Source: Octopus bimaculoides (lineage: Eukaryota). Taken from it: a stretch of 63,947 nt of DNA. Positions 49,590-63,054 of the stretch are shown here, piece after piece. The translations under genes were made by a program, and so were the position numbers. The stretch covers positions 43,388,151 to 43,452,097 of the forward strand of contig NC_068997.1 in the NCBI RefSeq assembly GCF_001194135.2, in the 5' to 3' direction. A model generated the notes under the pieces. That model was not told where the DNA came from, did not search any database, and worked only from the letters and a program-made list of their open reading frames with translations. Position 1 is the first letter of the stretch. Every line of letters starts with the position of its first letter.

Positions 49590-49664
49590 ATTATTGGTGT
49601 TTGGTTGGCACTGCGATATCGGAACCAGAAAGATCCGAGAGCAAATCCAAGTGCATTCCTATAG
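49590..49664 (+). CDS. TSPAN13/31: Tetraspanin-13/31-like terminal coding exon B (distal paralogous alternative last exon)
   Basis: Acceptor tttctttattctcttacAG (49588-49589). Encodes [24 protein letters not shown] then TAG, same phase and length as exon A. Confidence 0.9.
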   Translation: MIGVWLALRYRNQKDPRANPSAFL

Positions 49665-51986
49665 CCATGGAATGTTAAATGTTACTTTGAACATTACTCT
49701 GTCTCCCTTTCTTCCTCCTCTCAGTTTTTTTCTCTCTTTGTTTTATATTTCTTTCTCATTTTTTTAAACATTTCCTCTTCAATTTCTTCTTTCTCCCAGC
49801 AATATTCTCTACATTTTCCTGGTGTGGAGACTATTAACAACAACAATAATAACAACATAAAATCAATGAGGATATAACATCACACTTACTGTATACACAC
49901 AGTTTTAATACTGTATTTGGGTTACTCTCTTTCTCTTTCTCTCTCTCTCTCGGTCTCTTTCTCTCTCTCTCTCTCTCTCTGGATATTTCAACTGAAAGAA
50001 AATGAAGTCTACGAGTCTACATTAAATGTCTCCTATATAGTTTGGTTGTATCTATATGACAGAGGCAGTTTTGACAGGTGCTTCAAATTGTTTTCGCAAA
50101 ACATTTTCCACCTGTTATTTGTTGATAATAAACATGTTGATAGAGAATACAAACAGCTCCTATATGAATCCCCCTCCCTGTTACCATGTGTTGGTTCTGT
50201 ATTTGAATGTATGAGCATGTATATGTGTCTTGTTAAGGTGATTTTTTTTTTCTGTGTGCCTTTGTATGTAGTTATTATTTTTTCTTGACTTTGTATGAAT
50301 GTGTGAGCTTGTGATTATTATACAACATTGCTTTTATATAAGTATTGTGGTTATATGAGTATTGTGGTTACTATCCTACATTGCTTTTATATAAGTATTG
50401 AGGTATCACTGTTGACTTAGATCAGTTTTGTGTATAGTATGTACATATGTGTGTTAAAATGGGATTTGAGGAGAAAAAATAAGTGGTGATTTTAACCTTA
50501 CTTCAGTATTTTCTAGTTTTAAAAAACAGTAGTCAATTATCACTTTATGTAATTAATACATATATAATCAGTAGTTTAACTGTATTGATGTAGCATTAAG
50601 TACTTTCAGGGTTTTCTTTAACTATATCCATTCACTGTAGAGTTCAGCTTTGTAGTGCATCTCTAACTATGCTCAACTACAGCTTATACTCAGAGGTGGG
50701 GTCTGCACCTAAAAAGATCTGCAAGGTGCAGGCCAAGGTGTTGCCCTTGCATGCAGTCTACCTTCTCCATACCTGCATAGTTGTCCAAGGGATAGACACA
50801 GATGATACATTTTCGTACCTGTGTTGCTGTGGTCAGAATGCAAAGAACCAGAATAGATACTGCAAGGCATCCCATTTGAAGCTTCAACAAAGCCACCTCC
50901 CTGGGTAGGTACCTTATATCAAAACAATAAATCGTTATGAATAAGCAAACGAAAGTTAGGTGTAAAAATTAAAAGCATTATTTCTCTGTTTTCCATTTTA
51001 AATTTTTATGAAAACAACAAAAAAAAAAACTACCCTGAAAATTTTTTAGTAATTATTACTGGTAGTAGTAGTAGTAGTAGTTGTAGTAGTATTCTATTGA
51101 GGTTGATTTAGTCAGCTAATACTCTTCTCAATAAATTTCTGGTTCTGGCTTGTATTAAAATTCATTATCGTTGTTATAACTGGCTGTTTTTTTACCCTTC
51201 ATCTTCCCAAGGGTCCGTAAAATAGAGAATAATAAGTCAAGTATTTGGGTCAATGTAATCAACTATTGTATCCTGTCCCACTCCTCCCCCCCCCCCCCCN
51301 NNNNNNNNNNNNNNNNNNNNNNNNNNNNNNNNNNNNNNNNNNNNNNNNNNNNNNNNNNNNNNNNNNNNNNNNNNNNNNNNNNNNNNNNNNNNNNNNNNNN
51401 NNNNNNNNNNNNNNNNNNNNNNNNNNNNNNNNNNNNNNNNNNNNNNNNNNNNNNNNNNNNNNNNNNNNNNNNNNNNNNNNNNNNNNNNNNNNNNNNNNNN
51501 NNNNNNNNNNNNNNNNNNNNNNNNNNNNNNNNNNNNNNNNNNNNNNNNNNNNNNNNNNNNNNNNNNNNNNNNNNNNNNNNNNNNNNNNNNNNNNNNNNNN
51601 NNNNNNNNNNNNNNNNNNNNNNNNNNNNNNNNNNNNNNNNNNNNNNNNNNNNNNNNNNNNNNNNNNNNNNNNNNNNNNNNNNNNNNNNNNNNNNNNNNNN
51701 NNNNNNNNNNNNNATTAGCATTAATCATTATTATCTTTATTATTATTTAGTTGTGATAAAGTGATAACAAAGCCAATGAAGTTTAACTGAGGTGTTGTTA
51801 TTGCTAGATGAACATTATTATTGGTCTTCTTCTTCAAGACACATTCCCTCTTGATGTTTCTTTCTTTGACAATTTCCTGTTTTATCCTGCACATAAGGGA
51901 CAGAGACACTCAGTTGTTCTCTTATTCCCTTCAGACTATGTCATGTCAATACTTTTACTCTATGGCCTTCTTTCTTTAAGTAACCA

Positions 51987-52027
<41 letters not shown>

Positions 52028-53611
52028 ATCAACAGAGCTACTTCTCTGTCTCTCACAGCCTCACCATTACCTTCATTATGTTTCTTAAAGCAATAATCTG
52101 CCAGTGGAATGAAATAGCAGTGAGGGGTGATGTCTGACTGGGTGGTAAAGGACATGACGAAGAATGGAGTAGATGTAGTATGGATGATTGGATGATGGTG
52201 AATGTGATTGAGGTTTCCCCCAATCATTGTAGTTCTATCTATCCTGATCTAAAATGTCAGGATTACGAGGCATAGTTCCTGTTTTGTTCTCTTTCTACAG
52301 ATTCTTTTCTCCTATATATATATATATGTATATATATGTAACGTCAGAGGAGAGATTAGAATATACAGTGGTTGTTTTTAAAACCCTTTGTAATTGTGGA
52401 ATTGTTTGTTAGTACAACAAACCAGCATTATTGATAACTGAATTTTGCTGAACAGAACATGCTGTCAGATAAAAAAACAAACATGATGATCATAATATAT
52501 TTATAGAGTGTATTATTGTTAATTTCAAGTCAAATTTAACTTCAGTTTTCAAGTTGCCAGGATTATATATATTCACATATACATACACACAGGTGAGTAC
52601 ATAAGTGTAAAACAAGGTGGAAAAAATAGTACTTGGAATACCAAAGGTAATTTGCTTTTATTAAAGCTGCAAAATTTTGCAGTTTTAATAAAAGTGTGTG
52701 TGTGTATATTTATTATATATATATATATATATATATNNNNNNNNNNNNNNNNNNNNNNNNNNNNNNNNNNNNNNNNNNNNNNNNNNNNNNNNNNNNNNNN
52801 NNNNNNNNNNNNNNNNNNNNNNNNNNNNNNNNNNNNNNNNNNNNNNNNNNNNNNNNNNNNNNNNNNNNNNNNNNNNNNNNNNNNNNNNNNNNNNNNNNNN
52901 NNNNNNNNNNNNNNNNNNNNNNNNNNNNNNNNNNNNNNNNNNNNNNNNNNNNNNNNNNNNNNNNNNNNNNNNNNNNNNNNNNNNNNNNNNNNNNNNNAAG
53001 AATTGGTGACTAATATATCTTTTTTTTTTTAAATTGAGACTTTTTGCAAGTTATATTGGCTAAATGTCACATTAAATGGTAGGATTGTAGCATTATATAA
53101 AGGTCAATTCTTTATTTTTTTTATTATTATCATCATCACCTTCGTTCTCATCATCATCTCCTTCGTTCTCATCATCATCTTGGTTGTAGATTTGATACAA
53201 AACTACAAAGAAAATTCTCTACATTCCATACTGTTCATTTTACTTCAATAATTGCATTTTTTTTTTTTTTGCTTCATATATTTTAGTCTCTGATTTAAAT
53301 TACATTGATGGTATCATCACAATAATATTGGTGCATGACATTGTATAATATATATAGAGAGAAACTATAAAACAGATCTGACTTTTTTTTTTTTTTTTTG
53401 CCATCATGGAAAGTTAATAGTGACTAAGATAGCTTGAGACTTTTCCATCAAGACTAGACTGATTGAGGCAAGATAAACTATATTAACTTTACCTTGCCTA
53501 AGACCACTACAGTATTTGCAGCAAGATTTTGAACTCACAGTTTTATTGATCATATAATCTTCATAATATTAGTACCCCTATAATAAGAGTTTTATTTTAT
53601 TATTATTATTT

Positions 53612-53835
53612 AAGGTGGTGAGCTGGCAGAATCGTTAGCATGCTGGGCGAAATGCTTAGCAGTATTTTGTATGCCGCTACATTCTGGGTTCAAATTCCAC
53701 TAAGGTCGACTTAGCTTTCCATCCTTTTGGGGGTCAATAAATTAAGTACCAGTCTAGTACTGGGGTCGATTGTCCCCCTCCCCACAAAAATCCTGGCCTT
53801 TTGCCTATAGTAGAAAGGATTGTTATTATTATTAT
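53612..53835 (+). mobile_element. SINE family B, full copy
   Basis: AAGGTGGTGAGCTGGCAGAATCG ... CCTATAGTAGAAAGGAT plus (ATT)n. Confidence 0.8.
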
Positions 53836-55261
53836 TTTTAATGGACAAAAGTTACAAAGTGACTCAAAGGCCTTGCACAAAACTCTTAACTCATGTGTGT
53901 GTGTATAAGAGAAAGAGAAGGAAAATGGAATTCACAAGATTTTTTATTAATTACTACAGTCATTTTGATCCATCATACATCAATCCCTTGCAGGTCTCTT
54001 TCTCTCATGTGTTATAAACCCTGCAGACACAAAAGAATTCCTGAAGTAAATCTTTACTGTTTTTTGATATCAGGTATTTAAATCCATACTGTTAATGACA
54101 TCAGGTAGCCGAATACAGTGAACAGGATTTAAATAATATACTACAAGGTCTATACCCAAATTTTAAAATATTACATACTTTGTTACTGGTGGTGCTCTGA
54201 TATGGCCACAGCCTCAGGGCTGAAACATAAAAGGAATCATACACACACACACACACACATTGAGTTCTGTTTGCATTACCAAACCTAATAAGACTTAGAA
54301 ATTCAAAGTTAATGAGTTTTGTTTTCCCTTTTTTAATTTATTCATTACTTATTTTTCTAGATTTTTCTCAAGAATTCTTAAAGTTTGTTGACATGGACTC
54401 TTATTGAGATTAGGATTTGTCCACACTGCTTCAGAATTACTCAACCATATGACAACTGTCATTGATAACTTAGTGTTCCACCATTGAGTCTTTCTTTTTT
54501 TTCTCTCTCTCTCTCCCTCATATCCTATCCTTATTTGATTAGTTCCTGTCAGGGTCACTAAAGGAAGAGGGGATGAGATTTTTTTTTTTTTTTTTTTTTA
54601 ATTTAGTGCTCTGCCCAGAACTGTACTGCACAACTCATGCACCTGTGAACCTGTGATAGGATACAAACTCATAACTCTTCAGCCATTGTGATTTTGGCAA
54701 ATGTATATTTCTAGAAATACTTCCTTTTTTTTTTTGGTTTTTGTTTTTTGTACTTCTTCTCAGTAGCTAGTGTAATTTGTGGTTGTTGTTATTATTGTTG
54801 TTGTTGTAAACTGATAGCTCTTAGAGCTTTTCTTGGACCAAATATGCTTGACATTCCATATGGGGTTACAACATATCTCTCCTCTCTTTTTATAATTTCA
54901 CTGACAGTCCCAAGTGACTTCATGTTTCCCCAACTTTCTTCCACTGATATTCTTGTGTGCAATATTAGCAAGATAGAATTTTCCTTTAAAAAAAAAAAAA
55001 TTAAAACATTACAAAAAGCAGACTGTGTGTTTAACCCTCTCTGGTCAACTAGGGATTTCTACAACATCATTTTTTTTTTTTTAATTCAGAAATCAACATT
55101 TTGAAAATATATATACACAAATATAAATGTACGTCTGTGTGTATGAGAGAGACAGAGAGAGTGTCTGTGTGGTGTGTGAATAAGTGGGGTCTTTTTTTTT
55201 CTTTCCTTTTTATTAATTTATTTAGCTTAACATTTTTCTATGGGGAAAAAAAAAAAAAATA

Positions 55262-55304
55262 AATAAACAACTTGTATAAGAACAATGTGTTTTTGTGTTG
55301 TTTT
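55262..55304 (+). promoter_or_regulatory. Candidate distal poly(A) site
   Basis: AATAAA at 55262-55267, CA about 17 nt downstream, then GU-rich TGTGTTTTTGTGTTGTTTT. Usage is inferred. Confidence 0.4.
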
Positions 55305-55401
55305 AATTTTGTTAAATTGTTTTCTACTCATCATAACTGAAGAATACAGAAGGTCTGCTTACTGAAACTATTTTGTAGCCCTATTTCTAATGAGTAAACT
55401 A

Positions 55402-55735
55402 CATCATCATCATCATCGTTTAACGTCCGCTTTCCATGCTAGCATGGGTTGGACGATTTGATTGAGGACTGGCGAACCAGATGGCTACACCAGGCTCCAA
55501 TCTGATTTGGCAGAGTTTCTACAGCTGGATACCCTTCCTAACACCAACCACTCAGAGAGTGTAATGGGTATTTTTACATGCCACTGGCACGAGGGCCAGT
55601 CAGGCGGTACTGGCAATGGCCACGCTCAAAATGGTGTATTTTATGTGCCACCTGCACAGGAGCCAGTCTGACGGCACTGGCAATGACCTCGCTCGAATGT
55701 CTTTTCATGTGGCACCGGCACAAATGCTAGGAAGG
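55402..55735 (-). mobile_element. RTE 3' UTR-derived repeat
   Basis: Collinear with 5074-5460. Confidence 0.82.
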
Positions 55736-56124
55736 TGGTGTTTTAATTAATTTTCAATACAATTAAAATTTAAATGGGGTTTTAATAAAAATATATTGAC
55801 CTTTTTATTTTGGTATATAATTATGTTAGTGTTGACCCACTAAAATCCCATGACATCAAGAGGAGGCCAATATAAACATCAACAGGCTGTTGCTACTCCT
55901 ATTTGTGTTATCCTGATATAGATAAACTTACCCAGAAGACCACTCTGCAGCAATGGAATTGGATGCAGTTTAACTTCATATCTTGGCTCTTAACCCTTTC
56001 ATTACCAACCTACCCACAATTGCTCAAGAATGTTTTTGACATATGTTACCAATATACCCAGAACTGTCAGAGATAACCTATTCATATTTAAATAAGAATT
56101 TCAGTGCAAATCTCATTTGTACAT

Positions 56125-56510
56125 TCGCATGAGAAGTCCCGGCAAGCCAAGTGAGACCTAAATGCAAGGCCTCTGCCAGGGGTGTAGCCAGCCCACTTAT
56201 GCGTACCTTTCCTTCATTGGACTTTAAACTCTGCTTGCGAAGACCTGTTGAGGCAAGTGAAATTGAAATCGAACTAAATTCGACGACTGGCACCCATGCC
56301 AACATCATCTCCTTCATTGGACACGAAACTCGGCTTGCGAAGACCTGTTGGGGCAAGCGAAATCGTGATGGCCCCTGTGCCCAGCGTCGCCTTTCTGGCA
56401 CTTGTGCCTGTGGCATGTGTAAGGACTTTCGAGCGAGATCGTTGCCAGTCCTCAGTCAAATCGTCCAACCCATGCTAGCATGGAAAGCGGACGTTAAACG
56501 ATGATGATGA
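56125..56510 (+). mobile_element. RTE 3' UTR-derived repeat with internal deletion
   Basis: Same terminal tail (…GCATGGAAAGCGGACGTTAAACGATGATG) and an internal duplication of about 102-bp period. Confidence 0.8.
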
Positions 56511-59436
56511 AAACATGTCATTTCACTACATAAACAATTGATTTACTGTGTCCAGCATTATTTGACATGGTATCTAAGCTCTGAATTTTTGGAGATTTTT
56601 TTTTCCTACATTTTTTTCTTCATTGATTTTCTGAAAATTTTTTTACTACTGGCAAAAGCTGGATACCAGTTTCATGTTGTCAAAGTGTGAATCAGAATTC
56701 AAAAGACTTTTGAAACTAAGAATAGCAATGAAAAAAAAAAAAGTTAACAAAAGCATTTGAAGGTATCAGATTGTTTTAGCCATCATCTGCCATAGCAGTT
56801 GTAGGAAATAATACACTTTGCCTGCTCTACTAAACTTTGAAGTTCATATTGACCTTAGGAGGTTAGAGAGATTGTTACTACTAATTCAAGGTACTACTTC
56901 AAAGGGTGGCAACCTTCCTTTCATGGGATGACTAAAGAATGTCTTCTATCATACCCAATGAATAATATCAAACACAATATTATTCATGTTATAATGAGAT
57001 TTTATTTGAGATTGTAATTTAAATATGAAGAGTTTTGTATGGACTGACTCAAACTGGTTGGTATTAAGATTAATGTTAAAATAAAAGCATTATCTATCTT
57101 ATGGATATTGGTGCCTTGTCTACAGACATGGTCTCAGATTTGTGTAAAACAGAATATGAGTTTGAGAAAAGTAATGACATCAATGCAATACAATCTTCCT
57201 CTTTTCAAATCTTTTTGGCTGTAGTTGAATCAACATCGTCACCATTTAAACTTCTACTTTACCATGCCTGTAAGGAACTGGTTTTCCTATAACCAGGTGC
57301 TATTCTTGTTATCAATCCCCACTTGTTTCCATGGAAGGTAATAATATTCCAGTCAATTGAACAACAAAGACTGGACATGTTTACATGGAGAACTGGAAAG
57401 AAATGACTTTGTGTGGGTGAGTCTTCTGTTTACAAAGATTGCACAAGAAGCCTGGGTTACCAAAGCCACTGTTTACAGTCAGTAAACGAAAGCATACAGA
57501 CAAGAGATATGCAAACTTACACTCATATGACAGGCTTCTTTCCAGTTTCCATCAACCAAATCCACTTGCAAGGTGTTGGTCAGCTCAGAACTATAGTAGA
57601 AGACACTTGCCCAAGGTGCCATACAGTGAGATTGAACCCAAAAACATGTGGATGGAAAGCCAACTTCTTAAGCACACTGCTATACTTGCTGGGGAAAAAT
57701 CAAAATAGTTACAGATGGAACACACCAAGAGATTATTCGAATTTTACAGGAGTCTTGAGTAGATACAAAGTCTCGTTGATTGGAGCAAATGGGGGAAACC
57801 AGTTTTCATGTCTGTCAAAAGTATTTGTGATATTAAGAGACCTGAAATGGCCATGAGACCAAAACTAGTTTGTTAGTGGATCTGTCTTGCTGGGAACAGC
57901 ATTTGCTAGACCTACACACGATAACAATTGTGGTTTTTTGCCTTAATATGGAGATAGAGGTGCAGGCATTGCTGTATGCTTCACAACCACATGCTCTCAG
58001 GTTGGGTCCAATGTGTGGAATTTTAGACGTCTTCTGCTATAAATACCAGTAATATACTACAGTCCCAGATTGGAGGTTATACATTAGATTGGTAACCCTG
58101 CCATGTGAAACAAAAATATTTTTCTTTTTACTTCTCGAAACACCAACTGACAGCAAAATAAACCCTCTTACCTCGTAAGGGAGGCTTCTTGCTTAAGAGA
58201 TGTGATGTTCTCTGGTTAAATTCCTTCAAGGGGAAGTTGAAGGTCTCATGCACCTTCAGGCCTCAAGAAAGATCTCCAGGCACCTGGAATATACCAGGCA
58301 GCAAGCTTTAACATCAAGAGATCAATCAGAAAATCAAGAACTATACGGACATGACAATATGAACCTGAAATGAAGAAAGAAAAATTGTACGCTGGATTTC
58401 ACCTAACAGGAGGGCTCATAACACAATATATTAATGCTCCACTGGGACTAAACTCAATTAAATACACTTCTCTCCTACAAAATTGTATCACTGTGCTAAT
58501 GTAAAACATCAATACTCTTCAAATCCAGTGGCCAAGAAGTTCTCTTTGGAACCATGTGCCTGAGGGTTCAGTCCCACTGCATGGACACGGTTGGCTTAGC
58601 CTGTTGTGTACGTATATGTGTGTTTGTGTATGGTTGAGTGAGTTTGCCTTTCTTTTCGTTTTCATGTACGTTTACTGGTTGCAATCAAAAGCTTCATCGT
58701 TCGTACACATGAGTAATTTAAATGCAGAAAACACTGAAATGAGACAATGCTTTAAAGTGATTTCATCTGGTCTTTTTACTGATCTGAATTCAATCTCGTC
58801 ATAATTTTTTTTTTGCTTGTTTGTTTGTATGCGTGTGTGTGTACGTACACACAATCACACACACACACACACAAATGTATCTGCCGCTATTCTGAGTTTC
58901 TCGTTTCTGTTTTTCATACCAAGAAACTTGGTGCACCAACAAAAGTAAGCCACAACTTGAAATAGCTGGCTAAACTGTACATGTACTTCTCATTTTAAAT
59001 TCAAACTCAGTCACTAAAAACTTCTCAATACCCTGTGAGATAACTTGTCCTAAAGTTCCGTCTGGGCAGAAATTTGAGGTATAATCTTCGGGTTTGTTTA
59101 ATTCACGTAGACATGAGAATCATAGCACCAACTACGGGATGAATAGTGCATTTTCAGTGAATAAATATCTCGTATGAGTGAACTAAGGTTATGTTGGTGA
59201 AATTCGCAGACATCCATCCATTGTATGTGTGAGAGGGAGAGAAAGCATTTCATTGATGGTAGGTGGAGTGTGGCTGCAATGATAGAATTGCGATATCTTT
59301 AGGAAATACATAAAAATCAAAACCTCCCATCTCCTCTTCTATAATACTAGCTTTTGTATCATGTAGTAAGGAACTTATATTTGATGAGGAACAGTAAACA
59401 GCTATTTATAAGCACAGAAATAACTGTCACCAAATA

Positions 59437-59765
59437 GGAGTGGCTGTGTGGTAAGTAGCTTGCTTACCAACCACATGGTTCCGGGTTCAGTCCCACTGAG
59501 TGGCACCTTGGGCAAGTGTCTTCTACTATAGCATCGGGCCGACCAAAGCCTTGTGAGTGGATTTGGTAGACGGAAACTGAAAAGAAGCCCGTCGTATATA
59601 TGTATACGACGGGTGTGTTTACGTGCCCGTAACTTAGCGGTTCGGCAAAAGAGACCGATAGAATAAGTACTAAGCTTACAAAGAATAAGTCCTGGGTCGA
59701 TTTGCTCGACTAAAGGCGGTGCTCCAGCATGGCCACAGTCACATGACTGAAACAAATAAAGGAGT
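59437..59765 (+). mobile_element. SINE family A, copy lacking the central microsatellite segment
   Basis: Head and tail match family A; joined at GTATACGACGGGTGTGTTTACG. Confidence 0.85.
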
Positions 59766-60349
59766 AAAAAAAGAAAAAAAAGAGTTGTAATGTAAGGGAG
59801 AGAATTCTTGCAATCGCAACTGCATCTCTTTATTCGTTTATTTATTTATTTTGTTAATTTTACTGTTTTCTTTCAGTTTTCGATGCTGGCACACGAGAGA
59901 CGTTTTACCGACTTCTATAATTGTATAATATATGTTGTGACTGCTATCGTTAGAGATTAAATCTATGAAATCTATGAACTGAACGTCAAACTCGATGACA
60001 GCTACAACTAAAGACCGTAGTTATCTACCTTGGTATCTGGCGTTCAGCGGAGGAGACTTTTATATAGTCACTTATTTTGCTAGAAATAACAGTTACATCT
60101 CCCTCTAATCAAGCCTTAAAATAAAAGAAAACACATTAAATTAAGAAGTACTAAATTAAGCTATGACTAAAAAAAAAAAAAAGAGAGAGACAAAATTAAT
60201 GATTCCAGCTGGAACATCTTTGATTATAGATTTGTTTGATCTGGCGATAAACATTAATATGCGTAGTGGTCACACCTTGTCGTGGAGCTTAGCACACTGG
60301 CTCGACTCAGAAGCTTAATTTTAAAACATTCTACAATTCTAATAGGTAC

Positions 60350-61265
60350 AGGAGTATCCGTGTGGTAGGTCGCTTGCTTACCAACCACATGGTTCCAGGT
60401 TCAGTTCCACTACGTGACACCTTGGGCAAGTGTCTTCTATAACCTAGGGCTGACCAAAGCCTTGTGAGTGGATTTGGTAGACGGAAACTGAAAGAAGCCC
60501 GTCCTATATNNNNNNNNNNNNNNNNNNNNNNNNNNNNNNNNNNNNNNNNNNNNNNNNNNNNNNNNNNNNNNNNNNNNNNNNNNNNNNNNNNNNNNNNNNN
60601 NNNNNNNNNNNNNNNNNNNNNNNNNNNNNNNNNNNNNNNNNNNNNNNNNNNNNNNNNNNNNNNNNNNNNNNNNNNNNNNNNNNNNNNNNNNNNNNNNNNN
60701 NNNNNNNNNNNNNNNNNNNNNNNNNNNNNNNNNNNNNNNNNNNNNNNNNNNNNNNNNNNNNNNNNNNNNNNNNNNNNNNNNNNNNNNNNNNNNNNNNNNN
60801 NNNNNNNNNNNNNNNNNNNNNNNNNNNNNNNNNNNNNNNNNNNNNNNNNNNNNNNNNNNNNNNNNNNNNNNNNNNNNNNNNNNNNNNNNNNNNNNNNNNN
60901 NNNNNNNNNNNNNNNNNNNNNNNNNNNNNNNNNNNNNNNNNNNNNNNNNNNNNNNNNNNNNNNNNNNNNNNNNNNNNNNNNNNNNNNNNNNNNNNNNNNN
61001 NNNNNNNNNNNNNNNNNNNNNNNNNNNNNNNNNNNNNNNNNNNNNNNNNNNNNNNNNNNNNNNNNNNNNNNNNNNNNNNNNNNNNNNNNNNNNNNNNNNN
61101 NNNNNNNNNNNNNNNNNNNNNNNNNNNNNNNNNNNNNNNNNNNNNNNNNNNNNNNNNNNNNNNNNNNNNNNNNNNNNNNNNNNNNNNNNNNNNNNNNNNN
61201 NNNNNNCGTTCGACTAAAGGCGGTGCTCCAGCATGTCCGCAGTCAAAAGACTGAAACAAATAAAT
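60350..61265 (+). mobile_element. SINE family A spanning an N-gap
   Basis: Head before the gap (60350-60509), tail after it (61207-61265). Confidence 0.7.
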
Positions 61266-61659
61266 GAATAAAAATTCCATCCAATATTACGACATTCGAG
61301 CCAACCACGGAGCCTCGACGTAATTGTTTTCTGCTAGAAATAGCAGTCAAATCTCCTTCAAACATCTATTTTAGTCAAGTTGAGCAAAAGAATATTTGTA
61401 ATTCGAAAACATTTTAAGGCCCTACATGTTAAAACATGTGGCAACGGAAAATGGTCAGTGTCAAAAAAAGAAAAAGAAAACATTGAATTGATTGCCATGC
61501 ATCTTATATGACGGTACTCTTGCTTCTATTTATATTGTTCTTAAGGTTGCCGTTGTTAATGTTCCATAGTTGATGGTCTTTAAGACGCACTTTTTTTCCG
61601 AATCAATATGTCCAAAAATCATTCCAAGTCCTATATGCGTGATTGCTTTAGATATTGGG

Positions 61660-61840
61660 TTCAAATTTTAGCACAAGGCTAGCAATTTAGAGGAAGAAGT
61701 AAGTCAATCACATCGACCCCAGTGCTCAACTGGTACTTATTTTATCGACCTCGAAATGATGAAAGGCAAAGTCAACCTCGGCGGAATTTGAACTCAGAAC
61801 GTAAAGATAGACTGCTAAGCATTTCGCCCGACTCGCTGAT
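61660..61840 (-). mobile_element. SINE family B, CpG-rich copy
   Basis: Reverse-complement match to family B with CpGs retained. Confidence 0.75.
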
Positions 61841-63054
61841 TGTAACGGTTAAGATTAATTAGGTACACAATAATATGAAATGTCGGAGTCAGCAGTTGTA
61901 ATGATGGTAATTGGTTAAAAAAAAGTTCCCCGACGCCTGGTCTAGTGACTGAAACAAGTAAAATGAACAAAAAGTTAAAAAGACATCTTTAAGCGTGCGA
62001 TGCTTGCCAAGAACATCCAAAATATACGCACCGAAATAACAGACTCAGGCGACCGGTAGACAAAATACCAAGCATTTTAAGTTCAAATTTTGTTGGAATC
62101 TGTTTTGAATTTCGTCCTTTATTGGCCAATAAAATGAAGTATCATTCAATTAATAAGCTATATTGTAAAAAAACTATTGTCAGTGGATAAGACCGTCTTC
62201 GACTAAATAGCGTGCAAATTTTAGTTAATGTCTCTTTAGATTCTGAGTTCAAATCTCACCAAAATCAATTTATATTTTTGAATCGATAAAATAAAGTACC
62301 AATCAAGATTAAATCAAATGAACCTCTTAATCCTAGTTTCACGTTGGAAAATATTATTTGAACCTCAGTATGGAAGGGAGACAACTCCGAACATGTTTTT
62401 AAAATCATATGAGAAACGGAAGCTGTTCATTTATAGTTTTAGTGTATGAAATACAGAAATCGTGTGAGATTATTTAATTTTTTAATTTTTTTATTATTAA
62501 AATAAGAATGAAACCTCGACTCTGCAAGAGGGTCTCTATACGAACGTTTGACATGCCCAAAATAGCAAACACATCTATCTCAAATCGCACTAAACCATCT
62601 TTTAAAAAACGGACAAATTAGATAATGTAATTCTAGGTGCACTGTGTATGTGGAAAAATATTGCTTTGTGAGGTTGTCAAGGATGAAATACCTTTGATAA
62701 TAAGCATGCTCGATCGAGGTAGGCCCGGGACTAAAGAACAACACAAGGAATGAAACCTAACCAAAGTTGTTTCCCAAATTCACTGAGGTTAAAACAGGAA
62801 CAGTCAATTAAATTAATTTTGAGATTTACATTGTGGATATGGGAAAGATGAAAGACAATATCAAAGCAGGAATGATTTGAAGTTAGAACTTGATAAAAAT
62901 GCTGGAGACTGACCAATATTGTTTTATTCTTGTTAGGAATAATGGGGGCTGGAAATCAATGAAGTAACTTAAAAATACATCTGTCTCTTAGTGAGTGAGC
63001 ATGATCTAATACTAAGTACCATACTTTCACTCGTTATTTTAGGTGTAGTGATGG

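Noticed and set aside
57101-58450. Short ORFs and possible LINE remnants
   Set aside because: I could not assign any recognisable motif in any frame.
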